Shown here piece by piece: positions 8,396 through 17,527 of a DNA stretch of 30,475 nucleotides; position 1 is the first letter of the stretch, and every line of letters starts with the position of its first letter. This DNA comes from Candidatus Nanohaloarchaea archaeon (lineage in GTDB: Archaea; Nanohalarchaeota; Nanosalinia; Nanosalinales; Nanosalinaceae). The stretch covers positions 1-30,475 of the forward strand of contig JBDGSJ010000007.1 of NCBI GenBank assembly GCA_042217585.1, given 5' to 3'. The notes beneath the pieces were generated by a model. That model was not told where the DNA came from. It did not search any database and saw only the letters and a list, made by a program, of their open reading frames with translations. The translations under genes were made by a program, and so were the position numbers.

Positions 8396-8586
8396 ACGAG
8401 GTCCCTCTTCATCAGCTGCTGGACCACGAACAGCACGACTATCACCGCTCCAGCGGTCAGCTGGATGGGATAACCATACCTCACCTGGAGGAACGGAGGC
8501 AGGAGGACCGCGAACGCGAGCACGATACCGATCCCAACAAGGCCCTTCACCTGTTCCCTGTCCAGTTCACGGCCGTAAAGCTCCAT
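8392..8586 (-). CDS. Small two-TM membrane protein
   Basis: ATG 8586 (MELYGRELDRE...), two hydrophobic helices, TATA-like TTATTAA about 25 nt upstream. Confidence 0.7.
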   Translation of the reverse strand: MELYGRELDREQVKGLVGIGIVLAFAVLLPPFLQVRYGYPIQLTAGAVIVVLFVVQQLMKRDLV

Positions 8587-8640
8587 GGTGGCCTGTTCTC
8601 CTCCCAAAATTAATAACCTTCCGATGATAAATTTTCCGGC

Positions 8641-10026
8641 ATGTCTGGAACTTCAGAGGACCTCCGGGACAACATACTCGCGGAGCACGTCTACGTGAGG
8701 GACCGGGACGATGATTTCAGTCCGGTCCTGGAAAGCCAGGATTACAGGAGCTCGACTCACCCGGAACTTCTCGACAGGTTCATCGAGGAGGGCGCCGGGA
8801 TAGAGGGGCTGGAGGACATGGGACTTGAGGCCGCCGACCTCCGCGGGATAGCCCGGATGCCCGAAGAGGCTCTTCCGGAGCGGATGACGGACCTGAAGCG
8901 GTCCCTTCTGCGGGGGATCCACCAGAGGGCCAAGAAAGAATGGTGGGAGCTCCAGAGGGAAAGCAGGGAGGAAACCCCTGGCGAGTACCCGTCCTACACT
9001 GTTGAGAAAAACGGTACCGAGTACCACGTGCACCCGGTCCCCACCCCGTCACGAGGAGAAGAGAGGTCCGACCGTTTCAGGGGGTTCCTCCACTCCGAGG
9101 CGGACAGGATGCTTGAGGAGGGACAGGTCTACGTCGGGAAGGATCTTACCGGCGAGTTCTCGCCCCGCCACCGCGGTAACGAAAACTTCAGGGTCCTCGA
9201 TGAACCTGAAACGGGGCCGGAGGAGAGCTCCCTCTTCTCGACCGCTGAGAAGAAGGCCTTCATGGAGAACCGGGAAGAGTTCGAGGAGGTCCTTGAGGAG
9301 GTGGCGTCCAACGAGGCGCACCGCGACCCGGAGGACCTGGAGGACCTCAGGAACCTGAAGAGGGCGATGAGGCTCCCGGTCCACCTGGAGGAGGAGTTCC
9401 TGGAGACCCGGTGGAGGGATTACAACACCGTGGTGAACGGGAGAAGAAGGCAGATGACCGAGCAGGTGGTCGGCGAGACCTACGAGGAGGGAGTCCGGGA
9501 GGTCCACGTCTTCGTGGATGAGTCAGATGCGCCGGGACTGTCGGATTTCATCGCAAGGTCCCAGGTCGAGGAGGAGTTCTGGGAGCCGGTAATCTACCAC
9601 GGCATGCAGTTCAGGGGTCAGCCTATCGTATCGCTTACGGATGACTCCACGGACCCGGAGTACTACCTCCGGGAACAGGTCGAGAACGGAGCGATGGAAC
9701 TGGAGGAAGATTTCCTGGGCCCTGAAAACGATCTGAGGGCGTTTCCGGAGACCCGTGTCGGGGGAGACCCGGTCGTCAGCTTTGGGGATGGAAGCCCGGT
9801 GAAGTACGCGCAGTTCGACTCCGGCTACGGAGGAAGAGGGACCGCGGAGATGGAAGCCACCGAGGACCGCGACGGCTCGATCTACAGCGGTATAATCGTC
9901 GGTGTCAATCCCCTCGTAAGCCCGGAGGCCGATGAGGCGCCGCTACTCTACGCCGAGCACTCCATCAACTTCGGAGGGATAGATGAAGGGGTGGAGGAGA
10001 TGTTCGGCTCCGGAGACCTGAACTGA
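8641..10026 (+). CDS. Large acidic hypothetical protein, possibly containing a degenerate TraB/Tiki-like domain
   Basis: 461-aa ORF with host codon use; fold assignment rests on weak pattern resemblance only. Confidence 0.7.
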   Translation: MSGTSEDLRDNILAEHVYVRDRDDDFSPVLESQDYRSSTHPELLDRFIEEGAGIEGLEDMGLEAADLRGIARMPEEALPERMTDLKRSLLRGIHQRAKKEWWELQRESREETPGEYPSYTVEKNGTEYHVHPVPTPSRGEERSDRFRGFLHSEADRMLEEGQVYVGKDLTGEFSPRHRGNENFRVLDEPETGPEESSLFSTAEKKAFMENREEFEEVLEEVASNEAHRDPEDLEDLRNLKRAMRLPVHLEEEFLETRWRDYNTVVNGRRRQMTEQVVGETYEEGVREVHVFVDESDAPGLSDFIARSQVEEEFWEPVIYHGMQFRGQPIVSLTDDSTDPEYYLREQVENGAMELEEDFLGPENDLRAFPETRVGGDPVVSFGDGSPVKYAQFDSGYGGRGTAEMEATEDRDGSIYSGIIVGVNPLVSPEADEAPLLYAEHSINFGGIDEGVEEMFGSGDLN

Positions 10027-10038
10027 AGTGGAAGAGAG

Positions 10039-10875
10039 ATGGAAGAAATCCTGATAGTTGTCAAGGACACAGTATATGAGCGGCACTACGACGGGGAAAG
10101 TTACAGGGTGCCGTCAGAGCACAGGGAGAAAGTGATAGGAGGCCACAGGTCCCACAGGTCCTCCGTCGAAAAGATAAAGGAGGCGACTGGCGAAGGAAGC
10201 CGGGTGAAGAGGCTCTCTGAACTGGGCCGCGGGGACCCCGTGGACAGCGAGCTGGTGGTCACCGTGGGAGGCGACGGAACGGTCCTGAACACTGCCCAGC
10301 ACGTCCGCGATACACCGGTGGCTACGGTCAGGTCCGATGAAAGGAGCACCGGGGAGCTCTGCGTTTTCGATACAGAAGGTTTCATCGAATTCATCTCAGC
10401 GGAATCCAGGTTCAGGACCGAGAGCTGGACCCGTCTGAAGGGAGAGATCGACGGTAGAGAGATCCTGGCTCTGAACGAGGTCTTCGTCGGACCCGGCGAG
10501 AATCCCGGCGTCGCCGAGTACAGGATGGAGGTCGACGGTAGGACCGAAGAGCAGGTCAGCAGCGGAGTGGTCGCATCGACAGGCACCGGCTCAACGGCAT
10601 GGTACTCGAACATACCCGGGACCGACAGCTTCCCGCGTGACACCAGAGAGATCCGTTTCGCGGTCCGCGAGATGATGGAGGGAGAGACCGGCGGAGGTGT
10701 CGTAGGACCGGATGGACATCTTAGGGTGGTATCCGAGATGGACTCCAACGGGGTCGTAAGCTTCGACGGGAGCCGGAGGGAGAGGAGGTTCGACTTCAGC
10801 AGGGGATCCGCTCTCGACATAACCGTCTCCGAAACCCCGCTCCGCGTAGTTTACCCTGCGGAGCCGGAAAACTGA
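10039..10875 (+). CDS. nadK: NAD(+)/NADH kinase
   Basis: VGGDGTVL, ALNEV and SSGVVASTGTGSTAW motifs. Confidence 0.92.
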   Translation: MEEILIVVKDTVYERHYDGESYRVPSEHREKVIGGHRSHRSSVEKIKEATGEGSRVKRLSELGRGDPVDSELVVTVGGDGTVLNTAQHVRDTPVATVRSDERSTGELCVFDTEGFIEFISAESRFRTESWTRLKGEIDGREILALNEVFVGPGENPGVAEYRMEVDGRTEEQVSSGVVASTGTGSTAWYSNIPGTDSFPRDTREIRFAVREMMEGETGGGVVGPDGHLRVVSEMDSNGVVSFDGSRRERRFDFSRGSALDITVSETPLRVVYPAEPEN

Positions 10876-10913
10876 AAAAACTTTGAAAGCCACAGTTTAC
10901 AGGTGAGAGAAAA

Positions 10914-11672
10914 ATGAAAGTGGAGGTCCTTGGAGGAGAAGAACCCGAGTACGCGGTCGTCTCCTGCATACACGGCGAGGAAAGCTGTGGCTGGGAGGCC
11001 ATAGAGAAGTTCAGGGAATCGGAGCACGAACTTGAGGCACCGGTCAAGTTTATACTGGCGAACGAGAAGGCATACGAAAGGGGAGAGCGGTTCGTCGACG
11101 TCGACATGAACCGCGTCTTCCCCGGCGACCCAGACTCGGATCTCTACGAGGAGAGGATGGCGTACCGGCTGGAATCCGAGATAGAGGACCTGAAGGTGCT
11201 GGACATACACTCAACCGCCTCGAAGGAGGCACCCTTCGGGATAGTCGTCGGCGGGACCGGGGAGAAGTTCGATCTCGCAAGGTCCACGGGCGTGGAACAG
11301 CTGGTGGACATGAGCCATGTGGGCGGCATGGACGAATCGATATGCTCGGTCACGGTCGAACTCTCCCGCAAATCTGGCGACCCCCTGGAGAACGCGTACG
11401 ACCTGCTGCTGAACTTCCTGGCCTCCGAGGGATTGATAGACCGTGAGTTCCAGAGATCTGACCCTGAGTTCTTCCGGGTCTACGAGAAGGAGGAGGGGTC
11501 CGGCTACGAGTTCCTCGCAAGTAACTTTGAAAAGGTCCAGGAAGGCGAGGTCTTTGCCCGGCGAGAAGACGACGAGAAAGTCGCTGAAGAGGCTTTCTAC
11601 CCGGTCCTGATGTCGACGGACGGATACGAGGACATGGTAGGTTTCAAGGCGAAGAAGAAGCAGACCCCGTGA
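10914..11672 (+). CDS. Succinylglutamate desuccinylase/aspartoacylase family (M14-like zinc hydrolase)
   Basis: CIHGEE, DMNRVFPG, LDIHST, FYPVLMSTDGY. Confidence 0.92.
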   Translation: MKVEVLGGEEPEYAVVSCIHGEESCGWEAIEKFRESEHELEAPVKFILANEKAYERGERFVDVDMNRVFPGDPDSDLYEERMAYRLESEIEDLKVLDIHSTASKEAPFGIVVGGTGEKFDLARSTGVEQLVDMSHVGGMDESICSVTVELSRKSGDPLENAYDLLLNFLASEGLIDREFQRSDPEFFRVYEKEEGSGYEFLASNFEKVQEGEVFARREDDEKVAEEAFYPVLMSTDGYEDMVGFKAKKKQTP

Positions 11673-11714
11673 GATATATTCCGCGAGGACCAAAGTGTTT
11701 CCAGGTGATCGGAA

Positions 11715-12569
11715 CTGGGCGCTGATCAGAGCAGAGGAGACGAGTTCCACCTGGATGAAGAGTTCCTGGACCGGATGGTCGAAGACACGGAGTACTACTG
11801 GGAGGAACTCAGAAAGGAAGGAGCCGTGGAACCCCTTGAGGACGGGGAAGGCATCCGGATGGAACTGACCGCGGAGGAGGGCGAGAGATTCACGGAGGTT
11901 TCAGGCGACTCGAACTTCGCCCATATCCACGGGAGGGAGCCACAGAGGACGGGAGAGCTGACAGAAATGCTGGACGCGTCCGCGGAGAGCACCTCCTCGA
12001 AGATCCCCGAGACCCATCCTGAATACGGTGGCGAACTCAGGCCGCTCCAGCAGGGTGCGCTGACCCCTACAGCCCTGGCATATTCCCCCGAACTCGGCTT
12101 CGATGGATTGATCAAGTCGATAGAGCTCGAGTTCGACTCGCCTGTATACCTCGGCATAGACCGGGAGACAGCCGACAGGACGATGATAGAGGACAGGGAA
12201 CACGGTACCAGTGTCCTCGCGGAGAACCCGTGGATAGAGGAGAGTTATGAACCGGTCACCGTCTCGTACAGCACAGTCGGAGAAGAGGGTAACCGGGGAG
12301 AGAACATGAGGAGGATAGCCCTACTGAACGCGCTGGTGGCCCGCGCACCTGTAGAGGAGGATGAGAGCCCGAGAGACGGACATATCTTCTCAGGGGCGGA
12401 GGTCCGGTACCCGGACAGGGAACTGGAAGGTGAGGACCTCACCTACAGGGAACTTGAGGACGAGGAGATAAGCGAGACCCCGATGGGTCCCGTGAAAAGG
12501 TTCGAGGCTGGATCACAGGACGACCCGGGATTCAGTTACACCGAGTTCTATGTTGACACCGGGCTGTGA
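11715..12569 (+). CDS. Acidic hypothetical protein with degenerate MaoC/hot-dog-like motif; start CTG 11715 or ATG 11775
   Basis: RFTEVSGDSNFAH resembles the MaoC F-x3-SGD-x-N-x2-H motif, and LEFDSPVYLG resembles the F-x2-PV-x2-G strand. Confidence 0.6.
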   Translation: MGADQSRGDEFHLDEEFLDRMVEDTEYYWEELRKEGAVEPLEDGEGIRMELTAEEGERFTEVSGDSNFAHIHGREPQRTGELTEMLDASAESTSSKIPETHPEYGGELRPLQQGALTPTALAYSPELGFDGLIKSIELEFDSPVYLGIDRETADRTMIEDREHGTSVLAENPWIEESYEPVTVSYSTVGEEGNRGENMRRIALLNALVARAPVEEDESPRDGHIFSGAEVRYPDRELEGEDLTYRELEDEEISETPMGPVKRFEAGSQDDPGFSYTEFYVDTGL

Positions 12570-13418
12570 TCAGGCGAGGTCGCTCCCCTGGGGCAGGGAC
12601 TTCATGGCTCCTTTCTTCTCTGTCGAAACTGCGGCCGCCTTCACCGCCTTGTCGAGCGCCACCTTCTTCCCGTCGCTCCTGTAGGCGAGGTAGGCGCCGG
12701 CCAGCGCGTCTCCCGCTCCTGTAGTATCCTTCACGTCGACCTCCGGCGGCTGGACCTCATAGGTCTCATCGGCTATAAGCTTCGCGCCGTCCGAACCACG
12801 GCTTATCACCACTTCATCCACCTGGCCGACCAGATCCGGGCCGAAGAACTCTATCTCGTGCTCTGCTGCCAGCAGTATATCAACCCGGTTCAGAAGGTCC
12901 GAGAGGAAATCCGTGTACTCGTCGTCAAGCAGGTCCTCCCTCAGGTTCGGGTCGAAGCTTACCGTCGCCTCCGTCTCTCTCAGGAACTCCATCAGGTTCT
13001 CTCTTGACTCCTGGTTCGTCCACGGCAGCGACCCAAGGTGAACGATGGCGTCGTCCCAGAGGTTGAACTCGAATTGTTCCTCCGTTATATGCCGGTCCGC
13101 CCCCCGGTAAAACGAGAAATGCGGCTCCGCGTCCTCGTCAAGGGCGGCGAAGGCCAGGGTGGTTTTCTGCTCCGCTCTCCGGATGTCACCGATCGCGACG
13201 TTCTCCTGGTCCATCTTCTCGACCAGGAAATCGCCCAGTTCCCCCGGTCCAACGGTCGCCACCATATCGACATCCTCGCCAAGCCTTGATGCCGCGACTG
13301 CGACGTTGGCAGGGGCTCCCCCGGCTCTCTTCACGAACCTCTGGGTTTCGGTCAGGTCTCCAGACTCTTTTCCGATCATGTCCACCAGCAGTTCTCCCAC
13401 GCAGACTATCCTTGTCAT
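12570..13418 (-). CDS. PfkB family carbohydrate kinase (fructokinase-like)
   Basis: GELLVD, GGAPANVAVAASRLG, SFDPNLR, DTTGAGDA. Confidence 0.96.
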   Translation of the reverse strand: MTRIVCVGELLVDMIGKESGDLTETQRFVKRAGGAPANVAVAASRLGEDVDMVATVGPGELGDFLVEKMDQENVAIGDIRRAEQKTTLAFAALDEDAEPHFSFYRGADRHITEEQFEFNLWDDAIVHLGSLPWTNQESRENLMEFLRETEATVSFDPNLREDLLDDEYTDFLSDLLNRVDILLAAEHEIEFFGPDLVGQVDEVVISRGSDGAKLIADETYEVQPPEVDVKDTTGAGDALAGAYLAYRSDGKKVALDKAVKAAAVSTEKKGAMKSLPQGSDLA

Positions 13419-14242
13419 GCTATCTTTTCCACCTCCTCGATCGCCTGTCGGAGGTACTCGTCGTCCTCCGCAAGTTCACCTCTCACGGCCCGGCCTCCCG
13501 ACAGTTCCAGTCCGTACTCTTCCACAAAACTACTTACATCGGCGTCGGGATTTGAAAGTTTGTAAAGCACCGCGGCGGTGTAGCCGTGGTCCTCCTCATC
13601 TGCCGAGTAAAGCGAGGCCTCCTCGACCTCCATCGCCTCATCCAGGCTCTCCCCTATCGCGACGCCGTATCCGCCGGCCGCCGCTGCGTACCTTATCGCC
13701 TCGACGTCCGTGTTGCTGTCGCCGATGAAGATCGGGGCCGCATCCTCCTCCACCGGGTCCTCAAAGCCGTTCTGGAGGATATAGTTCTGCATCCTCGCCG
13801 GCTTCTGGTACCTGCCGTTGAACTCCGGTTCCTCATCCAGCACGCCGTATATCTTTCCATCGAAGTAACCGTTCGTGACCGCCTCGATAGCCGGCTCCCA
13901 TCCCGCGGAATGCGCGACTACCTGGAGGTCCTCGTCGTGGAGGTCCTTCACCAGGCTGTTCAGCCCCTCCCTCGGCTCTGCCTCGAGCGAACGGGCGACC
14001 TCCCTCAGGTCTCCCACGTCCTCCCTATCAGAGAGGCTGAGAAGCAGTTCATTTCCCCGTCCCTCCTCGGGTTCCCCTCTCCCGGGTTCATGGGTCCTGG
14101 ACATCAGATCTCCGTACTCTTCCGGCTCGCATTCGCCAGCCTTCACGAAGGTCTCCAGTCCTGTGTCCTCCTCTATCCAGGTGCCGTCCACGTCCATGAA
14201 CAGGAAGTCTGACGCACGAATCTCTTCCTCCTCCGAACTCAT
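13415..14242 (-). CDS. HAD superfamily hydrolase (phosphoserine phosphatase-like)
   Basis: Motif I DVDGT, motif II SAG, motif III K (QKP), motif IV GDSNTD; ATGA overlap with the PfkB gene. Confidence 0.85.
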   Translation of the reverse strand: MSSEEEEIRASDFLFMDVDGTWIEEDTGLETFVKAGECEPEEYGDLMSRTHEPGRGEPEEGRGNELLLSLSDREDVGDLREVARSLEAEPREGLNSLVKDLHDEDLQVVAHSAGWEPAIEAVTNGYFDGKIYGVLDEEPEFNGRYQKPARMQNYILQNGFEDPVEEDAAPIFIGDSNTDVEAIRYAAAAGGYGVAIGESLDEAMEVEEASLYSADEEDHGYTAAVLYKLSNPDADVSSFVEEYGLELSGGRAVRGELAEDDEYLRQAIEEVEKIA

Positions 14243-14331
14243 AGCGATCTTATTACGATGTATTACCTTATCTTTATAATGGTGTCCCGGTCCTCCGCGA
14301 GGAGGTCGTGATATATTTTTTCATCCCGCTC

Positions 14332-14676
14332 CTACCGCTCCACCTGGTGGAACATCCTGTGGAGCAACGCCATACCTGACATGACGCTGAGCAGTGAGAG
14401 GGCCTGGAACATGTCAGAAAGCCAGTGGAGTCTCCGGAGCCTCAGAAGGCCGATGATGTGTTCTGAGGCCGAGAACACCGAAAAAAGTACAAGCAGGTAG
14501 ACGAACCACCTGAAATACCTGATGGCAGACTGGTTCCTCTCGAACATCTGGGAGGTGAGCATCTCCCAGCTCACGGAGGACAGATGCCTGAGCAGCAGGA
14601 TCGAAAGCATAAGCGTAGCTATCGAGACTGCCTCGGCAAAGTGATGAACATATGATAGATGGGTTACAACTGCCAT
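14332..14676 (-). CDS. Three-TM membrane protein with His residues
   Basis: 114-aa ATG ORF, three hydrophobic segments, TTTTATA about 25 nt upstream. Confidence 0.7.
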   Translation of the reverse strand: MAVVTHLSYVHHFAEAVSIATLMLSILLLRHLSSVSWEMLTSQMFERNQSAIRYFRWFVYLLVLFSVFSASEHIIGLLRLRRLHWLSDMFQALSLLSVMSGMALLHRMFHQVER

Positions 14677-14708
14677 ACTACGGTTTGATCACCTTACTAT
14701 AAAATACT

Positions 14709-15104
14709 TTAATCTCCGGTGGGAGCTCCTTTCTGCCGGAAGTAATCGTTCAGAGCGTCGAAAGTCCCAGAGACCTTTCCCTTTTCCTCCGAAAGAGTCC
14801 TGTAGATGTCCAGCTGGACCTCGACCATGTCGCTCTCCGTCAGGAAATCGCCGGTCTCCTGTGCTTTCTGTCTGGCGCATCTGTAGATATCCTCGCCGTA
14901 GCGACCTCCGGACCCGGGGATATCCGGGAACAGGTCGTCCTCATCCTCTATCACAGGTCCTGGTATCTGGCTGGTCGCGGAGCCCAGTTCGTAGAGCAGT
15001 TCATCTCCGGGGACTATCTCCGGGTCGGAACGGATGTTTCTATCGTAATCTTCTTTGATTTCCTCCAGCTGTTCGATCGTCTCTTCCAGAGTGTCCTGAC
15101 CCAT
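14709..15104 (-). CDS. Acidic hypothetical protein
   Basis: 131-aa ATG ORF with halophilic composition. Confidence 0.7.
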   Translation of the reverse strand: MGQDTLEETIEQLEEIKEDYDRNIRSDPEIVPGDELLYELGSATSQIPGPVIEDEDDLFPDIPGSGGRYGEDIYRCARQKAQETGDFLTESDMVEVQLDIYRTLSEEKGKVSGTFDALNDYFRQKGAPTGD

Positions 15105-15165
15105 CTATCTCACGGTCCACCTTTTACTGGCAGGTTTTAAACAGATGCTGGTCCTCTAAATACAC

Positions 15166-15474
15166 ATGGAGTTCGACGAATACCAGGAGAGGACCGCTGA
15201 AACCGCTATATATCCAGAAGACAGGAAACTGAGCTACTTGGCTCTCGGCGTAACGGGCGAGGCCGGTGAGGTGGCAGAGAAGATCAAGAAACATATCAGG
15301 GACGACAGGGATCTTGAGGAGCTCGAGAAGGAGCTGGGTGATGTGCTGTGGTATCTCGCCCGGCTCGCCGACGAACTCGGTGCGAGCCTGGATGGGATCG
15401 CCGAGAGGAACCTCGAGAAACTGAAGGACAGAAAGGAAAGAGAAAAAATACAGGGCTCCGGCGACGACCGATGA
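15166..15474 (+). CDS. MazG-like nucleoside triphosphate pyrophosphohydrolase
   Basis: MEFDEYQ, LGVTGEAGEVAEKIKK, KELGDVLWYLA, GSGDDR terminus. Confidence 0.95.
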   Translation: MEFDEYQERTAETAIYPEDRKLSYLALGVTGEAGEVAEKIKKHIRDDRDLEELEKELGDVLWYLARLADELGASLDGIAERNLEKLKDRKEREKIQGSGDDR

Positions 15475-15477
15475 CGC

Positions 15478-16713
15478 TCAGTCTTCTATGCTGACCGCCG
15501 GGCCTATATAGCTATCAAGTTTATCCTCCAGCTCCTCTATCCTTTTCTCTTTCTTCTCCCTGAGGTCCTCAAGCTGTTCCTTCTTCTCCTCGATCTTCCT
15601 CCTCCGGTCCTCAAGCTCTTGCTGGACCTTATCCTTTTCCTTCTCAAGTTCCTCCAGCTCATCCTGGACTTCAAGCTCCTCAAGTACCTCCCGGGCCTCC
15701 TCAATCCTGTCCCGGTACTCCTGGATCTCCTCGGTCCTTGAATCCAGGTTTGAGAGGGAGTCTGCGGCCTCACGGAACTTCTTGAGCTGTCTATCGTCTA
15801 TCAGTTCCTTCTCCTCCAGGAAGTCCACCGCGCTGTCGAGCGTAGATTCCAGGTCTCCCTGTATGCTCTCGAACCTTTCATCCTTTATCCTGCGGAGTTT
15901 CTGGACCTCGCCGTCGAACTCGCCGTCCCCTTCATCTATCTCGTAGAGCATCTTCTTCAGACCGCGCTCCATCTTCGACTTCTCCAGAGATATATCCCGG
16001 AGGCGGTCCTCCTTCTTCTCCTCAAGGTATTCGAGCTCTTCCTCGAGCTCTTCCTTTCTCTCCCATTTTTCACTCTCCTTCAGGTCCTCTATACTCTCTC
16101 TGACCTTTTCGAGCTCTTCCTCAAGTTTTTCCGTGTCTTCGTCCTCTATATCCTGTTTTAAGTCCTCGATCTCATCCTCTATATCGGTGATGGTCTTCTG
16201 TATCCTCTCTATCTCCTTCCTCTGACGGATCGCGGAGTACTCCGATTCCATGAAGTCATCGAGCCGGTCTGCGTGCTCCATGATCTCATCTATCGTACCC
16301 GAAAGAGTCCCTGAACTTTTCTGTATCCTCTTCATCACGGCGCCCTGCTTCCTGGTCACATCGTTGAAGTCCTCGACGAAGTCACGGAGTTCCTCCCTCT
16401 GGTCCTCAAGTTTCTCGGACGGTTCGAACTTCTCCAGCATGTTCTTCCTCTTCCTGTAGAAGTCCCTGGCGACATCCTCTACCAGGTCTATGTCGTCCAC
16501 GTCCTCGTACTCCCGGACCTCCTCCAGGTCCTCCTCCAGCCTGTCCATCAGGTCATCGGTCTTCCCGGAGAGTTCCTCTGCCCTCCGGCGTGCACGCCTG
16601 AGTTCCTTCTCCCGTTCCTCCCGGAACCTCTCCACGGCTTCCTCCGGTTCGAACTCGATTTCGCCTGAATCTCCGCTAGAGAAGAGGTTCTGGATGCGTT
16701 CCTTCAGTCCCAT
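15478..16713 (-). CDS. Long coiled-coil protein
   Basis: E/K/L-rich heptads throughout, no Walker motifs; start ATG 16713 or GTG 16734. Confidence 0.85.
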   Translation of the reverse strand: MGLKERIQNLFSSGDSGEIEFEPEEAVERFREEREKELRRARRRAEELSGKTDDLMDRLEEDLEEVREYEDVDDIDLVEDVARDFYRKRKNMLEKFEPSEKLEDQREELRDFVEDFNDVTRKQGAVMKRIQKSSGTLSGTIDEIMEHADRLDDFMESEYSAIRQRKEIERIQKTITDIEDEIEDLKQDIEDEDTEKLEEELEKVRESIEDLKESEKWERKEELEEELEYLEEKKEDRLRDISLEKSKMERGLKKMLYEIDEGDGEFDGEVQKLRRIKDERFESIQGDLESTLDSAVDFLEEKELIDDRQLKKFREAADSLSNLDSRTEEIQEYRDRIEEAREVLEELEVQDELEELEKEKDKVQQELEDRRRKIEEKKEQLEDLREKKEKRIEELEDKLDSYIGPAVSIED

Positions 16714-16752
16714 GTCAGGATTATCTGGTCCCACGGATAAAATTCTGTCGGG

Positions 16753-17430
16753 TTAACTGAAGTCGGAGAGCCGGAACTTCTCGTGGCGTACCTCCCTGAG
16801 TTCCATCCCCCTGACGTCCCACTTGATCCTGAGCAACATGTGCGGTCTCTTTCTCGCCGCCAGTATGCTCTGCGAACCGTATCTCGCGGACCCGGCTACA
16901 GTGACGTTGTAGGCTCTGCGGTCCCTGAACACTGTTTTCCTGGCCTTCAGGTCCAGTGTGAAGAGGTTTCCGCCGATCTCCGATCTTCCGTCATTCAGGG
17001 CTTCCTGGACATTTCCCAGCTCTGCCTGTAGGAACGGTATGTAGAGCGGCATTATGTCCCGTCCGCTCAGGCCCCGGGAGTAGCTGTACTTTCCGTTCCT
17101 GAATTCGCTGGCGGTCATAGGGGATGAGGCCTCGAGGACCAGGGAACTTCTGTTTATCCTGAACTTCCTGAACCTGAAGGAGTCGCCGTCCGAGGATCGG
17201 GGACTGACGATAACACCTTTCCAGTATCTCGGCGTCTTCTGCTGGAAGTAGACCCTGTAGGTCGCTTCGCTGCTCCCGGTCGTCTCGTAAACGAAGACCT
17301 TCCCCGGCGAAGCGGTCATGTCTGGTGTGTTCTTAAGGAGAGAAGCCCCTGAGAACAGCGAGATCATGAGAAAGACTGTCACAAGTCCCTTTGCCTGTCG
17401 CCTGCTCAGCGGAAGGTCCTCGAAATCCAT
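16753..17430 (-). CDS. Membrane-anchored, unusually basic hypothetical protein
   Basis: N-terminal TM followed by an Arg/Lys-rich, beta-rich domain; TTATTAAA upstream. Confidence 0.7.
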   Translation of the reverse strand: MDFEDLPLSRRQAKGLVTVFLMISLFSGASLLKNTPDMTASPGKVFVYETTGSSEATYRVYFQQKTPRYWKGVIVSPRSSDGDSFRFRKFRINRSSLVLEASSPMTASEFRNGKYSYSRGLSGRDIMPLYIPFLQAELGNVQEALNDGRSEIGGNLFTLDLKARKTVFRDRRAYNVTVAGSARYGSQSILAARKRPHMLLRIKWDVRGMELREVRHEKFRLSDFS

Positions 17431-17527
17431 GAATGGACCGGGGTTGCGGAGATTTAATAAACTTCTATCCTGCCGGAGACTGATACATTTAAAAATGTAG
17501 TCACTGTCTGATAGACAGTGGTCTTTC

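Noticed and set aside
14332..14676. Third paralogue of the His 3-TM family (EHIIG vs EHGLG)
   Set aside because: Similarity is limited to topology and one short motif; not supportable without a profile search
15478..16734. SMC/Rad50 ATPase
   Set aside because: No Walker A/B, signature motif or CxxC hook
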